Source: an uncultured Chloroflexia bacterium
GTDB taxonomy: Bacteria > Chloroflexota > Limnocylindria > Limnocylindrales > CSP1-4
Length of the DNA: 64,000 nt
Reading direction: 5' to 3'
Assembly (NCBI GenBank): GCA_963813535.1
Contig: CAWEZH010000002.1
Coordinates: 1,696,001 to 1,760,000, forward strand
This document shows positions 10,382 to 19,848 of this stretch, piece after piece. A model generated the notes under the pieces. The model was not told the DNA's origin and made no database searches. It saw nothing but the letters and a program-made list of their open reading frames with translations. Every line of letters starts with the position of its first letter. Within the stretch, counting starts at the first letter, position 1. The position numbers and the translations under genes are program-made.

Positions 10382-10551
10382 GACCCCATCGTACGCGGCG
10401 GGGACCGCCGCCAGCCGGTTGGATTCTGTTGCCAATCCGCACCAGTTGCCGCCAACGTCGGCTGGCCGACATGGGACGATCCCCGCCTGGCGCTACTATC
10501 CCTATCTGCGATCAACCACCCCGCACCGTCCAGCGGGCTCCGGAGGGGAAT

Positions 10552-11922
10552 ATGTCGTTCGTCGTCTCACATCGGTCGCGACCCGTCGGGTCCGGGCTGA
10601 TGGCGCTCTTCACTGCCGTCGCGCTCCTGGTCGCGCTGGCCGGTCCAGCGACCGCAACGTTCACGAAGCCGTACACGGCGACGTGGTTGTCGGGCTCCAC
10701 GCCAGTCGCCAATCCACCCAACCAGATCAACCTGCCGGGCGGCAGTACGACGGCCGTGCTGCGGATCAAGAACTACGCGTTCGTCTCGCTGGGTTCGGCA
10801 AACATCACCCCGCCGAGCGGCTACACGCTTGGTGGTGGCTCGCTCGCGCCCGCGGTCGGGACAGCCACGCTGGCCGGCAATACGCTCCAGCTTCGGAACC
10901 TGTCACTGGCGCCGGGGGCGTCCGTCAACGTCACGATCAACCTCAGCACGTCCTGTCTCAGCAGCCCCGGTAGCCCATGGGCTCTCACCGTGAGGGAGGG
11001 CGGCGGCTTTACGGGCACCACGTTCGTTCGCAAGGACGGCACGGTCGCCCCGAAGACGGTCGCCGCAGGCTCGTCCTGCCGGCTTCGCTTCGGGAACCAG
11101 CCGAACACGACGGAGACCGGAGCGTTGATCCGGGACGGCCACGACAGTACCGGCAACCCGGTCAAGGTCGAGATCTACGATCCGGGAACCGGGCTGACGG
11201 TCTCCTCCACCGCAACCGTCACATTGACCCTGCAGTCCAACCCGGCGGGAGGCACCCTGAGCGGGGGCTCCGTGAACGCCGTGGGAGGCGTGGCGAAGTT
11301 CCCGTCATTGTCGATCGGCACGCCCGGCCCATACATACTCAAAGCGAGCAGCCCGGCTGCGTCGAATACTCCCTTGTCGGATGAGTTCAACGTTGCGAAC
11401 AATGTCGCGACGTGTGCCAGTACGGGCTGCAGCTTCACCGACGCCCAGGGTCAGAACAGCTACAAGACCAAGCCGCAGCAAGGCGCAGCTGGCGCGACGT
11501 GGGCCAGCACGCTCAACCTGCCGGGTCTGAAGGTCTCGTGCGATTTCGCCCCGTTCGATTACCCGGACGCACGCCAGCCGAACGCGGTCTGGTACGTGTA
11601 CGACGACGGGGCGACCGGCTCGGCCAAGGTCAACACGATCGTCATCGACAAGACCGTCGTGCAGGAGACGCCGGAGAACGGCACATCCAAATATCGCGTC
11701 TGCTACTCCTCACCTGATCCGTTCAAGGATCGAACGGGGCAGTGGGCACAACCGGATCCGTGGAGCAACGGACCATCGGCGTACTTCGGCGGGACCTGGT
11801 TCACCGGATTGCTGCCGGACTGCTCTGACGGCGTGGCGCCCTGCGTCCTGAAGTGGACGGCCCAGAGCGGCGACCGGATCGGGACGTTCCTCACGCCGCC
11901 GGGCGACCCGAACTACCGCTAG
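10552..11922 (+). CDS. Secreted Thr/Ser/Gly-rich beta-sandwich (Ig-like) protein with several Cys
   Basis: GGAGG RBS, signal peptide ending AGPATA, segment ATVTLTL...GGVAKFPSLSI...Y.LKASS typical of bacterial Ig-like domains. Confidence 0.72.
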   Translation: MSFVVSHRSRPVGSGLMALFTAVALLVALAGPATATFTKPYTATWLSGSTPVANPPNQINLPGGSTTAVLRIKNYAFVSLGSANITPPSGYTLGGGSLAPAVGTATLAGNTLQLRNLSLAPGASVNVTINLSTSCLSSPGSPWALTVREGGGFTGTTFVRKDGTVAPKTVAAGSSCRLRFGNQPNTTETGALIRDGHDSTGNPVKVEIYDPGTGLTVSSTATVTLTLQSNPAGGTLSGGSVNAVGGVAKFPSLSIGTPGPYILKASSPAASNTPLSDEFNVANNVATCASTGCSFTDAQGQNSYKTKPQQGAAGATWASTLNLPGLKVSCDFAPFDYPDARQPNAVWYVYDDGATGSAKVNTIVIDKTVVQETPENGTSKYRVCYSSPDPFKDRTGQWAQPDPWSNGPSAYFGGTWFTGLLPDCSDGVAPCVLKWTAQSGDRIGTFLTPPGDPNYR

Positions 11923-11961
11923 GCGAGCGTCGCCCGCCAGCCGCGCATCGGTCCTCGACCA

Positions 11962-11992
11962 GCACCGCCCCGAGCTCCGGCCGGGGCGGTGC
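11962..11992 (+). terminator. Hairpin after the secreted-protein gene
   Basis: GCACCGCCCC-N11-GGGGCGGTGC. Confidence 0.5.
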
Positions 11993-12048
11993 CGTGTGTG
12001 GTCCGGCATCGCGCGGGCCGTTATGCCCCTGGGTCGTAGACTCAGTCC

Positions 12049-15000
12049 GTGATGGTCTGCGAGGCATGCGGAACAGAGAACGTCGAGGATGCGCGCCTCT
12101 GCGTCGATTGCGCCACGCCGCTCGCCCTCGATCACGCAACGGCCGAGACCCGGCGGTTCGCCACCGTCGTCCAGACGGACCTGAAGGGTTCGACCGCGCT
12201 CGGCGAGCGGCTCGACGCAGAATTGCTGCGCGAGGTCCTCACCCGGTACTTCGACGAGATGCGCTTCGTCTACGAGTCGCACGGCGGGACGATCGAGAAG
12301 ATCATCGGTGATGCCATCGTCGCGGTCTTCGGGATCCGAGGCCCGCGCGTGGACGACGCGATCCGCGCGGTCGAGGCTGCGGCCGAGAGCCTGGCCGTCC
12401 TTGCCGACCTCAACGACGAGTTCGAACGGACCTGGGGCGTCCGACTGGTGGTCCGGACCGGCGTCAGCACCGGCGACGTCGTCGTAGGGGAGGCACTGGC
12501 GGGGCAGCACGTCCTGACCGGGGACACGATGCGGATCTCGTCGGCCATGGAGCAGAACGCGCCGCCGCTCGGGATCCTGCTGTCCGGATCGACCTACGCG
12601 CTCGTGCAGGAGCAGGTGGAGGTCGAACCCGTGCCGCCGGTCACGCCGAAGGGCATGACGGTCGAGATCCCGGCACACCGCGTCGTTGCCGTCTATCCGC
12701 GCGAGGCGCCCGGATCCGCTCCCACCGGCGAAGGTGTCACCAGGACCACATCCCGGGAGAGCCGCAAGACCGTCACCCTGGTCTTCGCCGATCCCAAGCC
12801 GACGTCGCTCACCGACCGACCGCCGTCGGCAGAGGCATTGCGCGACGTGATGACGCGCTATTTCGACGCCATGCAGGCGGCGCTGGCTCATCACGGGGGA
12901 ACGATCGAGAAGTTCATCGGCGATGCGGTCATGGCCGTCTACGGGCTGCCGGTCCGCCACGAGGACGACGCCATCCGCGCGATCCGGGCGGCGGCAGACA
13001 TGCAGGCGGCCCTGCCCGGTCTCAACCGCTCGTTCCGCGAGCGGTGGGGACTGGAGTTGCAGAACCACATCGGGGTGAACACCGGTGAGGTGATCGCCGG
13101 CGACGCCTCGACCGGTCAGCGCCTCGTCACCGGCGACGCCGTGAACACGGCCGCGCGGCTCGAGCAGGCGGCAGGGCCCGGCGAGATCATCCTCGGCGAG
13201 CTGACCTATCGCCTGGCGCGCGAGGATATCGACGTCGAGGAGGTCCCGCCGCTCTCCCTGAAGGGCAAGGCGGAACCGGTCAGGGCGTATCGATTCGTCG
13301 GCCTCCGGGAACGACCCATCGCGGCCGAGTCGGAGTCGGCGCCGTTCGTCGGGCGCGACGCAGAGATGGCACTCCTCACGTCGACACTCACTGAGCTCTC
13401 GGAGCGTCCAGGCGCCGCTCTGCTGACGGTCGTCGGCGACGCCGGGGTCGGCAAGTCACGCTTGATCAGGGAGTTCGCCCTTGCCGCCTCTCCTCGGGCG
13501 CACGTGGTCCGCGGGCGATGCCTGCCATATGGCGACGGCATCACGTTCTGGCCGATCGCGGAGATCGTGCGCGGTGTGGCCGAGATCGCCTCGGACGACA
13601 CCCTCGAGGCGGCGATCGCCAAGGTCGACCTCCTGGTCGAGGATCTCGGCCTGGCGGAGGCCGATCGGGCCGCCGTCGTCGACCGAGTCGCGTCGATGTT
13701 GGGCCTCACGAGTGGCCAGTTCCCGGTGGCGGAGTTGTTCTGGGGCATCCGGAAGCTCCTGGAGGCCCTGGCCCGCGAAGAACCGCTCGTGATGGTGATC
13801 GACGACATCCACGCCGCCGAGACCACGCTGCTGGACCTGCTGGATCACCTCGCCGAGACGGTCGAGACGGCGCCCATCCTGATGGTCTGTTCGGCGCGCC
13901 ATGAGCTGGTCGATCGACACGCCGAGTGGTCGGAGTCCCACCGCGATCGGCTGATCATCCTCGAACCGCTGTCCGACGACGATTCCGGGCGCATGATCGA
14001 CCAGTTGCTGGGCAACAGCGGACTCGACCGGGGGATGGTCGCACGGGTCGTTGCCGCGGCGGAGGGGAACCCGCTCTTCGTCGAGCAGATGGTATCCATG
14101 CTGGTCGACAATGGCACGCTTCGACGTGACGGGGATCGGTGGGTCGCATCAGGTCTGTCGGCGGACCTCGTCGTGCCGCCGACGATCCACGCCCTTCTGG
14201 CGGCCCGCCTCGACGACCTGGCCGAGGACGAGCGGGAGGTCGTCGAGCCCGCCTCCGTGGTGGGCCTGGTCTTCGCCGAGGATGCCGTGGAGCACCTCAT
14301 CGAGGAGCCGCGGCGACCGGCCGTGCCGATCCACCTGCGATTGCTCATGCGCAAGCAATTCATCCGCCCGGATCGGCTCGATGAGGAGGATGCATATCGA
14401 TTCGGTCATCAGCTGATCCGCGACACGGCGTACGGGAGCCTCCTGAAGCGCGAGCGGGTCGTGCTGCACCGGCGGTTCGTCGATTGGGCCGATGAGGTCA
14501 ACCGGGAACGAGGTCGCGAGACCGAGTACGAGGAGATCCTGGGTTACCACCTCGAGCAGGCCTACCGGTACCGCACCGAGCTCGGACCCCTCGATGATGA
14601 CGCCGTGGAGTTGGGCGCGCGGGCGTCGACGCGACTCGCGTCGGCCGGTCGACGCGCCCTCGGGCGCGGCGACTTCCCGGCGGCAGCGAACCTGCTCGAA
14701 CGCGCCGCGGGGGTCCTCGACGACGCGGACACGGGACGTCCCAGACTGCTCGTCGGAGCGGGCGAGGCCTACATGGAGATCGGTGAGTTCGCCCGGGCTG
14801 ACGACCTCCTCGTCAAGGCCGGGACCGCCGCCGCGGTGGTCGGCGAGCGATCGGTGGTCACGACGTCCGAGCTGATGCGGCTGCAGCTCCGCCTGCGCTC
14901 CGAGGCGGCCACGTCGATCGAAGATGTGATGCGACAGACCCTCGCCGCCATCGGTGGTCTCGAGGAGATCGATGATGCCGGCGCTCTGGCCCGGGCGTGG

Positions 15001-15891
15001 AGGCTCCTCGAGCTCGCACACGGCATCAGCGGGCAGTACCGGGCGGCCGGCGAGGCGAACGCCAAGGCCACGGAGTACGCCCGACTGGCAGGCGACCACG
15101 TGCTCGAGATGCGCCTGTACGCCTCGGCTGCGCTGGTTGCGCCGAACGGGCCGATGCCCGTTGCCGAGGGCATCGCACGGTGCGAGGAGCTGCTGGGGAT
15201 CGCCGAGCGCGATCGCCGCGCGCAGGGCATGACGCTCGGCGCGCTGGCACACCTCCGGGCCATGCACGGGGACTTCGATCGAGCGCGCGATGACTACCGT
15301 CGCGGGCGAGCCATCCTGGAGGATCTCGGTCTCCGATTTGACGCCTCCACGATGTCGCTCGACTCCGGGCGAGTGGAACTGTTGGCCGGGGACCCCCGGG
15401 CAGCTGAGGCCGAGCTCCGCAAGGACTACGAGTCCCTGGATGCCATCGGCGAGCGGAACTACATCTCCACGATCGCCGGCTTGCTGGCAGAGGCTCTGTA
15501 TCAGCAGGGCCTGTTCGACGAGGCCGGCCATTTCGCCGCGTTCTGTGAGGAGGTCGCGGCTCCCTCCGATGGGATCTCGCAGTCGCTGTGGCGAGGCGTC
15601 CGAGGGAAGCTCCTCGCGCGCGACGGTGCCTATGACGAAGGCATCGAGCTCGCTGCATCGGGCGTGCGAGAGATGCAGTCGTCCGACGACATCGAGGGGC
15701 AAGCGAACGCGCTCGTGTTCCTGGCCGAGGCGCAGGGCGCGGCCGGCCGATTCGAGCTCGCAGCCGAGTCGGCATCCCGCGCGCGTCGTCTCTTCGAGGC
15801 GAAGGGCAACGTCATCTCGGCGGGGCGCGTCGACGAGCTGGTCTCGTTCCTGGGCCCGACTCCCTCGGAGTCGGTCACGACGTCGGCTTAG
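12049..15891 (+). CDS. Zn-ribbon + two class III nucleotidyl cyclase domains + STAND/AAA ATPase + TPR-like region
   Basis: CEACG..CVDC; cyclase 1 TDLKGST and EKIIGDA; cyclase 2 EKFIGDA and GDAVNTAARLEQ; Walker A GDAGVGKS; Walker B MVIDDIH; GNPLF. Confidence 0.92.
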   Translation: MMVCEACGTENVEDARLCVDCATPLALDHATAETRRFATVVQTDLKGSTALGERLDAELLREVLTRYFDEMRFVYESHGGTIEKIIGDAIVAVFGIRGPRVDDAIRAVEAAAESLAVLADLNDEFERTWGVRLVVRTGVSTGDVVVGEALAGQHVLTGDTMRISSAMEQNAPPLGILLSGSTYALVQEQVEVEPVPPVTPKGMTVEIPAHRVVAVYPREAPGSAPTGEGVTRTTSRESRKTVTLVFADPKPTSLTDRPPSAEALRDVMTRYFDAMQAALAHHGGTIEKFIGDAVMAVYGLPVRHEDDAIRAIRAAADMQAALPGLNRSFRERWGLELQNHIGVNTGEVIAGDASTGQRLVTGDAVNTAARLEQAAGPGEIILGELTYRLAREDIDVEEVPPLSLKGKAEPVRAYRFVGLRERPIAAESESAPFVGRDAEMALLTSTLTELSERPGAALLTVVGDAGVGKSRLIREFALAASPRAHVVRGRCLPYGDGITFWPIAEIVRGVAEIASDDTLEAAIAKVDLLVEDLGLAEADRAAVVDRVASMLGLTSGQFPVAELFWGIRKLLEALAREEPLVMVIDDIHAAETTLLDLLDHLAETVETAPILMVCSARHELVDRHAEWSESHRDRLIILEPLSDDDSGRMIDQLLGNSGLDRGMVARVVAAAEGNPLFVEQMVSMLVDNGTLRRDGDRWVASGLSADLVVPPTIHALLAARLDDLAEDEREVVEPASVVGLVFAEDAVEHLIEEPRRPAVPIHLRLLMRKQFIRPDRLDEEDAYRFGHQLIRDTAYGSLLKRERVVLHRRFVDWADEVNRERGRETEYEEILGYHLEQAYRYRTELGPLDDDAVELGARASTRLASAGRRALGRGDFPAAANLLERAAGVLDDADTGRPRLLVGAGEAYMEIGEFARADDLLVKAGTAAAVVGERSVVTTSELMRLQLRLRSEAATSIEDVMRQTLAAIGGLEEIDDAGALARAWRLLELAHGISGQYRAAGEANAKATEYARLAGDHVLEMRLYASAALVAPNGPMPVAEGIARCEELLGIAERDRRAQGMTLGALAHLRAMHGDFDRARDDYRRGRAILEDLGLRFDASTMSLDSGRVELLAGDPRAAEAELRKDYESLDAIGERNYISTIAGLLAEALYQQGLFDEAGHFAAFCEEVAAPSDGISQSLWRGVRGKLLARDGAYDEGIELAASGVREMQSSDDIEGQANALVFLAEAQGAAGRFELAAESASRARRLFEAKGNVISAGRVDELVSFLGPTPSESVTTSA

Positions 15892-16493
15892 CTGCGCGGC
15901 ACAGGGCGCATGGGGTAGACCCCGACCACGATCGGCGCGAGTGGGTCAAACGACAGCTCGTAGCCGATCTCGCCGCCTCGTAACAGCTCGCCGAGGAGCG
16001 ATCCCTCGCGCGCCGGCAATCCGACGTAGACGCGGCTGCCGTCGAGATCGACCTGCGTCACGTCGTCATCGGTCCCGTCGATCGCGAACCGCCGTCGCAG
16101 CTCGTGCATCGGGACGTAGGGCCGGCTCTTGATGAACCGCCGGAGTTGCGGGGCGGTGCAGCCGTTCGGGCGCTCATTGCCACCGTTCTGGGCGTGACCG
16201 TTGCCCGGGTGGCCGTTGCCGTTGTGGTGTGGAGTCGTCGTCGGTGGTGCCGCGGCGGCAGCGGCCCCGTTCACCGGGGGCGCGGGCGGGGGCGGGGGCT
16301 CGACCAGCACCGGCGGCCGTGCCGGCAGCTCGGACGTCGAGGACGGCCTCTGCTCCGGGGGCTGTGCCGCGCTCGCTTCGACGGGGGCGGTCTCGGGTGC
16401 CGGAGCGACCGGTCGTGACGCTCCGGCGTCGGGACGTGGCCCCTCGTTGCGGTGTCGGCCGTGGTGCGGCCGGCCGTGGTGACGGCGGCTCAT
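15888..16493 (-). CDS. Hypothetical protein with disordered His/Pro-rich N-terminus and folded C-terminal domain
   Basis: Fills the gap on the operon strand. C-terminal PQLRRFIKSRPYVPMHELRRRF...GEIGYELS looks globular. Confidence 0.68.
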   Translation of the reverse strand: MSRRHHGRPHHGRHRNEGPRPDAGASRPVAPAPETAPVEASAAQPPEQRPSSTSELPARPPVLVEPPPPPAPPVNGAAAAAAPPTTTPHHNGNGHPGNGHAQNGGNERPNGCTAPQLRRFIKSRPYVPMHELRRRFAIDGTDDDVTQVDLDGSRVYVGLPAREGSLLGELLRGGEIGYELSFDPLAPIVVGVYPMRPVPRS

Positions 16494-16677
16494 CGGACCG
16501 ACCGATGCGAGCCGGCATCCCGGCGTTGGTGCTCGGCGACCGTCGGTCGCCGCTCGGTGGTGGGCATCAGATCTCAGATCGAAGGTTGGGGTCGCTCGGA
16601 TACGACCTCGGCCGATGATACCGCAGGGCGGCCGACCGACCTACGAGCCGGGCCGCGAGGCGAACGGCCCCGCGAGG

Positions 16678-17823
16678 TCAGCCGGTGACGACGGCCAGTT
16701 CGCGCGGGGCCTCGTTGAGCACGATCGGCCCGGCATCGCCACAGACCACGATGTCCTCGATGCGGGCGCCGTACTCGCCCGGGTAGTAGATGCCGGGCTC
16801 GACGCTGAAGGCCATACCGGCACGGAGCGCGAGGTCGTTCCCGGTGACGAGATAGGGATCCTCGTGCCCGTCCAGCCCGATGCCGTGCCCCGTGCGATGG
16901 AAGAAGGCGTCGCCGTGACCCTCGCCCTCGATGACGCTGCGCGCCGCCGCGTCGATCGCGGCGCACGCGACCCCGGGCTTGACGGCCGTCGTCGCATGCG
17001 CCTGGGCCGTGTGGAGGGCGTTGAACAGGTGGCGGAACCGCTCGTCCGGGTCATTCGCCGGGTCGCCGCCGGTGACCCACAGCGTGCGGGTGATGTCCGA
17101 GCCATACCCGCCCAGCGTCCCGCCGATATCGAGCACGATCGGCTCGCCAGCCTGGATGACCCGCTCTGACGCCTCGTGATGGGGCGACGCCGAGTTCGGC
17201 CCGGAGGCGACGATGGCGAACGTCGCGGCCTCGTGCCCCTCGTCGACCAGGCGGTCCCGGACCTCGCGCGCGACATCCGCTTCGGTTCGGCCGATGAGCG
17301 GCCCGGCGGCGATGGCCGCCACGACCCGATCCGCAGCGTGAGCCGCTGCCCGCAGCAGCTCGATCTCATCGGGGTCCTTGATCATCCGCAGGTCACGCAG
17401 GACGCTCGACGCCGGGACATACGCGATATCGCGATCGAGCGCGTCCTGGATCCGGAGCAGATGCATCGCCAGCATCGTGTTGGAGACCGCGACACGCCCA
17501 CTGTCCCGGATCCCGGCCACCGCCAGGGCGTACGGGTCGTCCGTCTCGTCCCAGGTCCGGATCGCGATCGGCGTCTTCAGGCCAGCCTCGGTGGCAGCGC
17601 GCTCGAGCCGCGGGACGACGATCGTCGGGGCGGAGCCCGGCCGCAGCACCAGGAGCGTCAGCCGCTCGAGTGGCATCGCTTCATACCCGGTGAGATACCG
17701 CAGGTCCGAGCCGACGCCGACAAGCGTCGCCACGAGACCGGCAACCTCGGTCGCCTTGCCCGCCCGATCCAAGCGATCAGCGAACCGACCGGCCGGGATC
17801 GTCGGCCGTTCGACGATCGTCAC
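16678..17823 (-). CDS. Xaa-Pro peptidase, M24B family
   Basis: LRMIKD, D.G...GY.SDITRT, HRTGHGIG...HE, EPGIY, RIED metal-ligand motifs. Confidence 0.92.
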   Translation of the reverse strand: MTIVERPTIPAGRFADRLDRAGKATEVAGLVATLVGVGSDLRYLTGYEAMPLERLTLLVLRPGSAPTIVVPRLERAATEAGLKTPIAIRTWDETDDPYALAVAGIRDSGRVAVSNTMLAMHLLRIQDALDRDIAYVPASSVLRDLRMIKDPDEIELLRAAAHAADRVVAAIAAGPLIGRTEADVAREVRDRLVDEGHEAATFAIVASGPNSASPHHEASERVIQAGEPIVLDIGGTLGGYGSDITRTLWVTGGDPANDPDERFRHLFNALHTAQAHATTAVKPGVACAAIDAAARSVIEGEGHGDAFFHRTGHGIGLDGHEDPYLVTGNDLALRAGMAFSVEPGIYYPGEYGARIEDIVVCGDAGPIVLNEAPRELAVVTG

Positions 17824-18194
17824 CGCGGCGTTTCGATCGCCGGGGTCCGCGCCATCCAGGCCGAGATCGTCGCGGGTCCGTCCTCGAACAGCTTGCGGTA
17901 CGCGTACACCCGCTCGGCACCACGCGCGAGCGCGCGTTTCCGCTGCGCGACGTCATCGTGTTGGCCGACCGCGACCACCCGCGCGCCGCTGGAACGGGCG
18001 CGCTCGATGGCGACGAGAGGGTCGTACGCGCTGGCGGTCATGTCGATGATGGCCAGATCAGCGCAGACCAGGGCTCGGTCGAATTCGGGTGCGGTCTTGG
18101 CCCGGGCGGGCTCAGCGCCGGCGGCCTCGACCGCGCGCGACAGGCGGTCGGACCAGATCAGGTCCTGGGCGAGGATCGCGACGCGTGGTGCCAT
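17820..18194 (-). CDS. Atypical stand-alone receiver-like domain
   Basis: (beta/alpha)5 pattern with DLAIIDM. The acidic pocket and KP motif are degenerate. Its stop overlaps the peptidase start. Confidence 0.65.
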   Translation of the reverse strand: MAPRVAILAQDLIWSDRLSRAVEAAGAEPARAKTAPEFDRALVCADLAIIDMTASAYDPLVAIERARSSGARVVAVGQHDDVAQRKRALARGAERVYAYRKLFEDGPATISAWMARTPAIETPR

Positions 18195-18211
18195 GACGCC
18201 GTCCGTCTCCG

Positions 18212-18712
18212 TCAGTCGATCGTCTGGGCGAGGTGGTGGAAGATGTCGCGCGCGGTGACCACGCCAGTGGGACGGCCGTCCTCGACGATCGGGATGTGGC
18301 GGAACCCGCCCACGGCCATCTTGTGGATCGCGACCGCGATCGGATCGTCATGGCGGAGGACGACCGGGTCGGGGGTCATGAAGTCGCGCACATGGAACGA
18401 GCCGAGGCGCTTGCCCGCCGCCTTCACGACCGCGTCACGGTCGGTGAAGATGCCGACCAGTCGATCGTCGGTCATGACGAGGACACAGTCGACCTCCGCC
18501 TCGTGCATCCGCGCGATGGCAAGATCGATCGGTGTGTCGGGGCCGACCGTGATCGGCGCCGGCGCCCCAAGCTCGTCGAGATGCTCACCGAGGAGCTGGC
18601 CCTTGAAGGCCGGGGCCTGCATCGGGGTGTCATGCCCGAAGATGTCGGCGCCGCAGTTGTCGCAGATGTCGGCGCCGACGAGGTTGACGAAGCCGCACAC
18701 CGGACAGCGCAT
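18212..18712 (-). CDS. Zn-ribbon + CBS-pair protein
   Basis: CPVCG..CDNCG, LVGIFTDRD, FMTPDP, FRHIPIV; GGAGG RBS. Confidence 0.88.
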   Translation of the reverse strand: MRCPVCGFVNLVGADICDNCGADIFGHDTPMQAPAFKGQLLGEHLDELGAPAPITVGPDTPIDLAIARMHEAEVDCVLVMTDDRLVGIFTDRDAVVKAAGKRLGSFHVRDFMTPDPVVLRHDDPIAVAIHKMAVGGFRHIPIVEDGRPTGVVTARDIFHHLAQTID

Positions 18713-18762
18713 GCCGTCGTCGCCGCCCTCCTGACCCGCGACGATCCCGTCGTCGCCGGCGG

Positions 18763-19848
18763 TCACTCCACCGTCCACGTCTCTCCGCCGTTGAGCACGC
18801 GCTCGAGGTCGCCTTCGCCGGAACGGGCGACCGCCGCGGTCAGCTGGTCCTCGATCAGTCGATCGTGCGTCGGGCGGGGCGCCGCGCGCAGGACGCCGAC
18901 CGGCACCGGGAAGTCGGGCCAGAACATGCGCGACAGGACGAGCGCGAGATACGGGTCGTCCGCGGTCTCGTCATGCACGAGGAGATCCGCCTCGGTCACG
19001 CCGCCCTGGCCGATCGTCACGACCTCCGGGTGCAGCCCATTGAGGCGGATGCCCTTGTCGCGGTCCTTGCCGAAGATCATCGGCTTGCCATGCTCGAGCG
19101 TGAGCATGCGGTCCTCGCGGACCTCGCGGTCCGTGAAGTCGCGCCACGCGCCGTCGTTGAAGATGTTGCAGTTCTGGAGGACCTCGACGAACGAGCTGCC
19201 CTTGTGGCGGCCGGCCCGCTCGAGGGTCTGCTGGAGGTGTTCGGTGTGCGTGTCGACCGAGCGAGCCACGAACGACGCCTCGGAGGCGAGGGCGAGCGTC
19301 AGCGGCATGATCGGCGTGTCGATCGTCCCGACCGGCGTCGACTTCGTCCGCTTCCCGAACTCGGAGGTCGGCGACGCCTGACCCTTGGTCAGCCCGTAGA
19401 TGCGGTTGTTGAACATCACGAGGTTGATGTCGACGTTGCGCCGCATCGAATGGATGACGTGGTTGCCACCGATCGACAGTGCGTCGCCGTCACCGGTGAT
19501 GACCCACACCATCAGGTCGGGACGGGCGGCCTTGAGCCCGGTCGCCAGCGTCGGGGCTCGGCCGTGGATGGTGTGGAAGCCGAACGTGTTCATGTAGTAC
19601 GGCAGGCGGCCCGAGCAGCCGATGCCCGAGATGAAGACGATGTCCTCCTTCTTGTACCCGAAGTCCGGCATCACCTTCTGGGTCTGGGCGAGGATCGAGT
19701 AGTCGCCGCAGCCGGGGCACCAGCGGACCTCCTGGTCGGACACGAAGTCCTTCCGCGTGAGCGCGATGACCTGGGCGTTCTCGGGGCTCAGGGCGGGCTC
19801 GTCGCCGTTCGACTGCGGTGCTGTCGTGCCGTTGGTTTCGGTGGTCAT
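18763..19848 (-). CDS. korB: 2-oxoacid:ferredoxin oxidoreductase beta subunit
   Basis: WCPGCGD, SGIGCS, HGR, TPP motif GDGD...NN, YGLTKGQ.SPT. ATGA-coupled to the alpha subunit. Confidence 0.93.
   Translation of the reverse strand: MTTETNGTTAPQSNGDEPALSPENAQVIALTRKDFVSDQEVRWCPGCGDYSILAQTQKVMPDFGYKKEDIVFISGIGCSGRLPYYMNTFGFHTIHGRAPTLATGLKAARPDLMVWVITGDGDALSIGGNHVIHSMRRNVDINLVMFNNRIYGLTKGQASPTSEFGKRTKSTPVGTIDTPIMPLTLALASEASFVARSVDTHTEHLQQTLERAGRHKGSSFVEVLQNCNIFNDGAWRDFTDREVREDRMLTLEHGKPMIFGKDRDKGIRLNGLHPEVVTIGQGGVTEADLLVHDETADDPYLALVLSRMFWPDFPVPVGVLRAAPRPTHDRLIEDQLTAAVARSGEGDLERVLNGGETWTVE

Noticed and set aside
16490-16567. 25-aa minus-strand ORF (MPTTERRPTVAEHQRRDAGSHRSVR) overlapping the next start by ATGA
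   Set aside because: Weak RBS and no motif or hydrophobic character. It could be chance or a frameshifted N-terminus.
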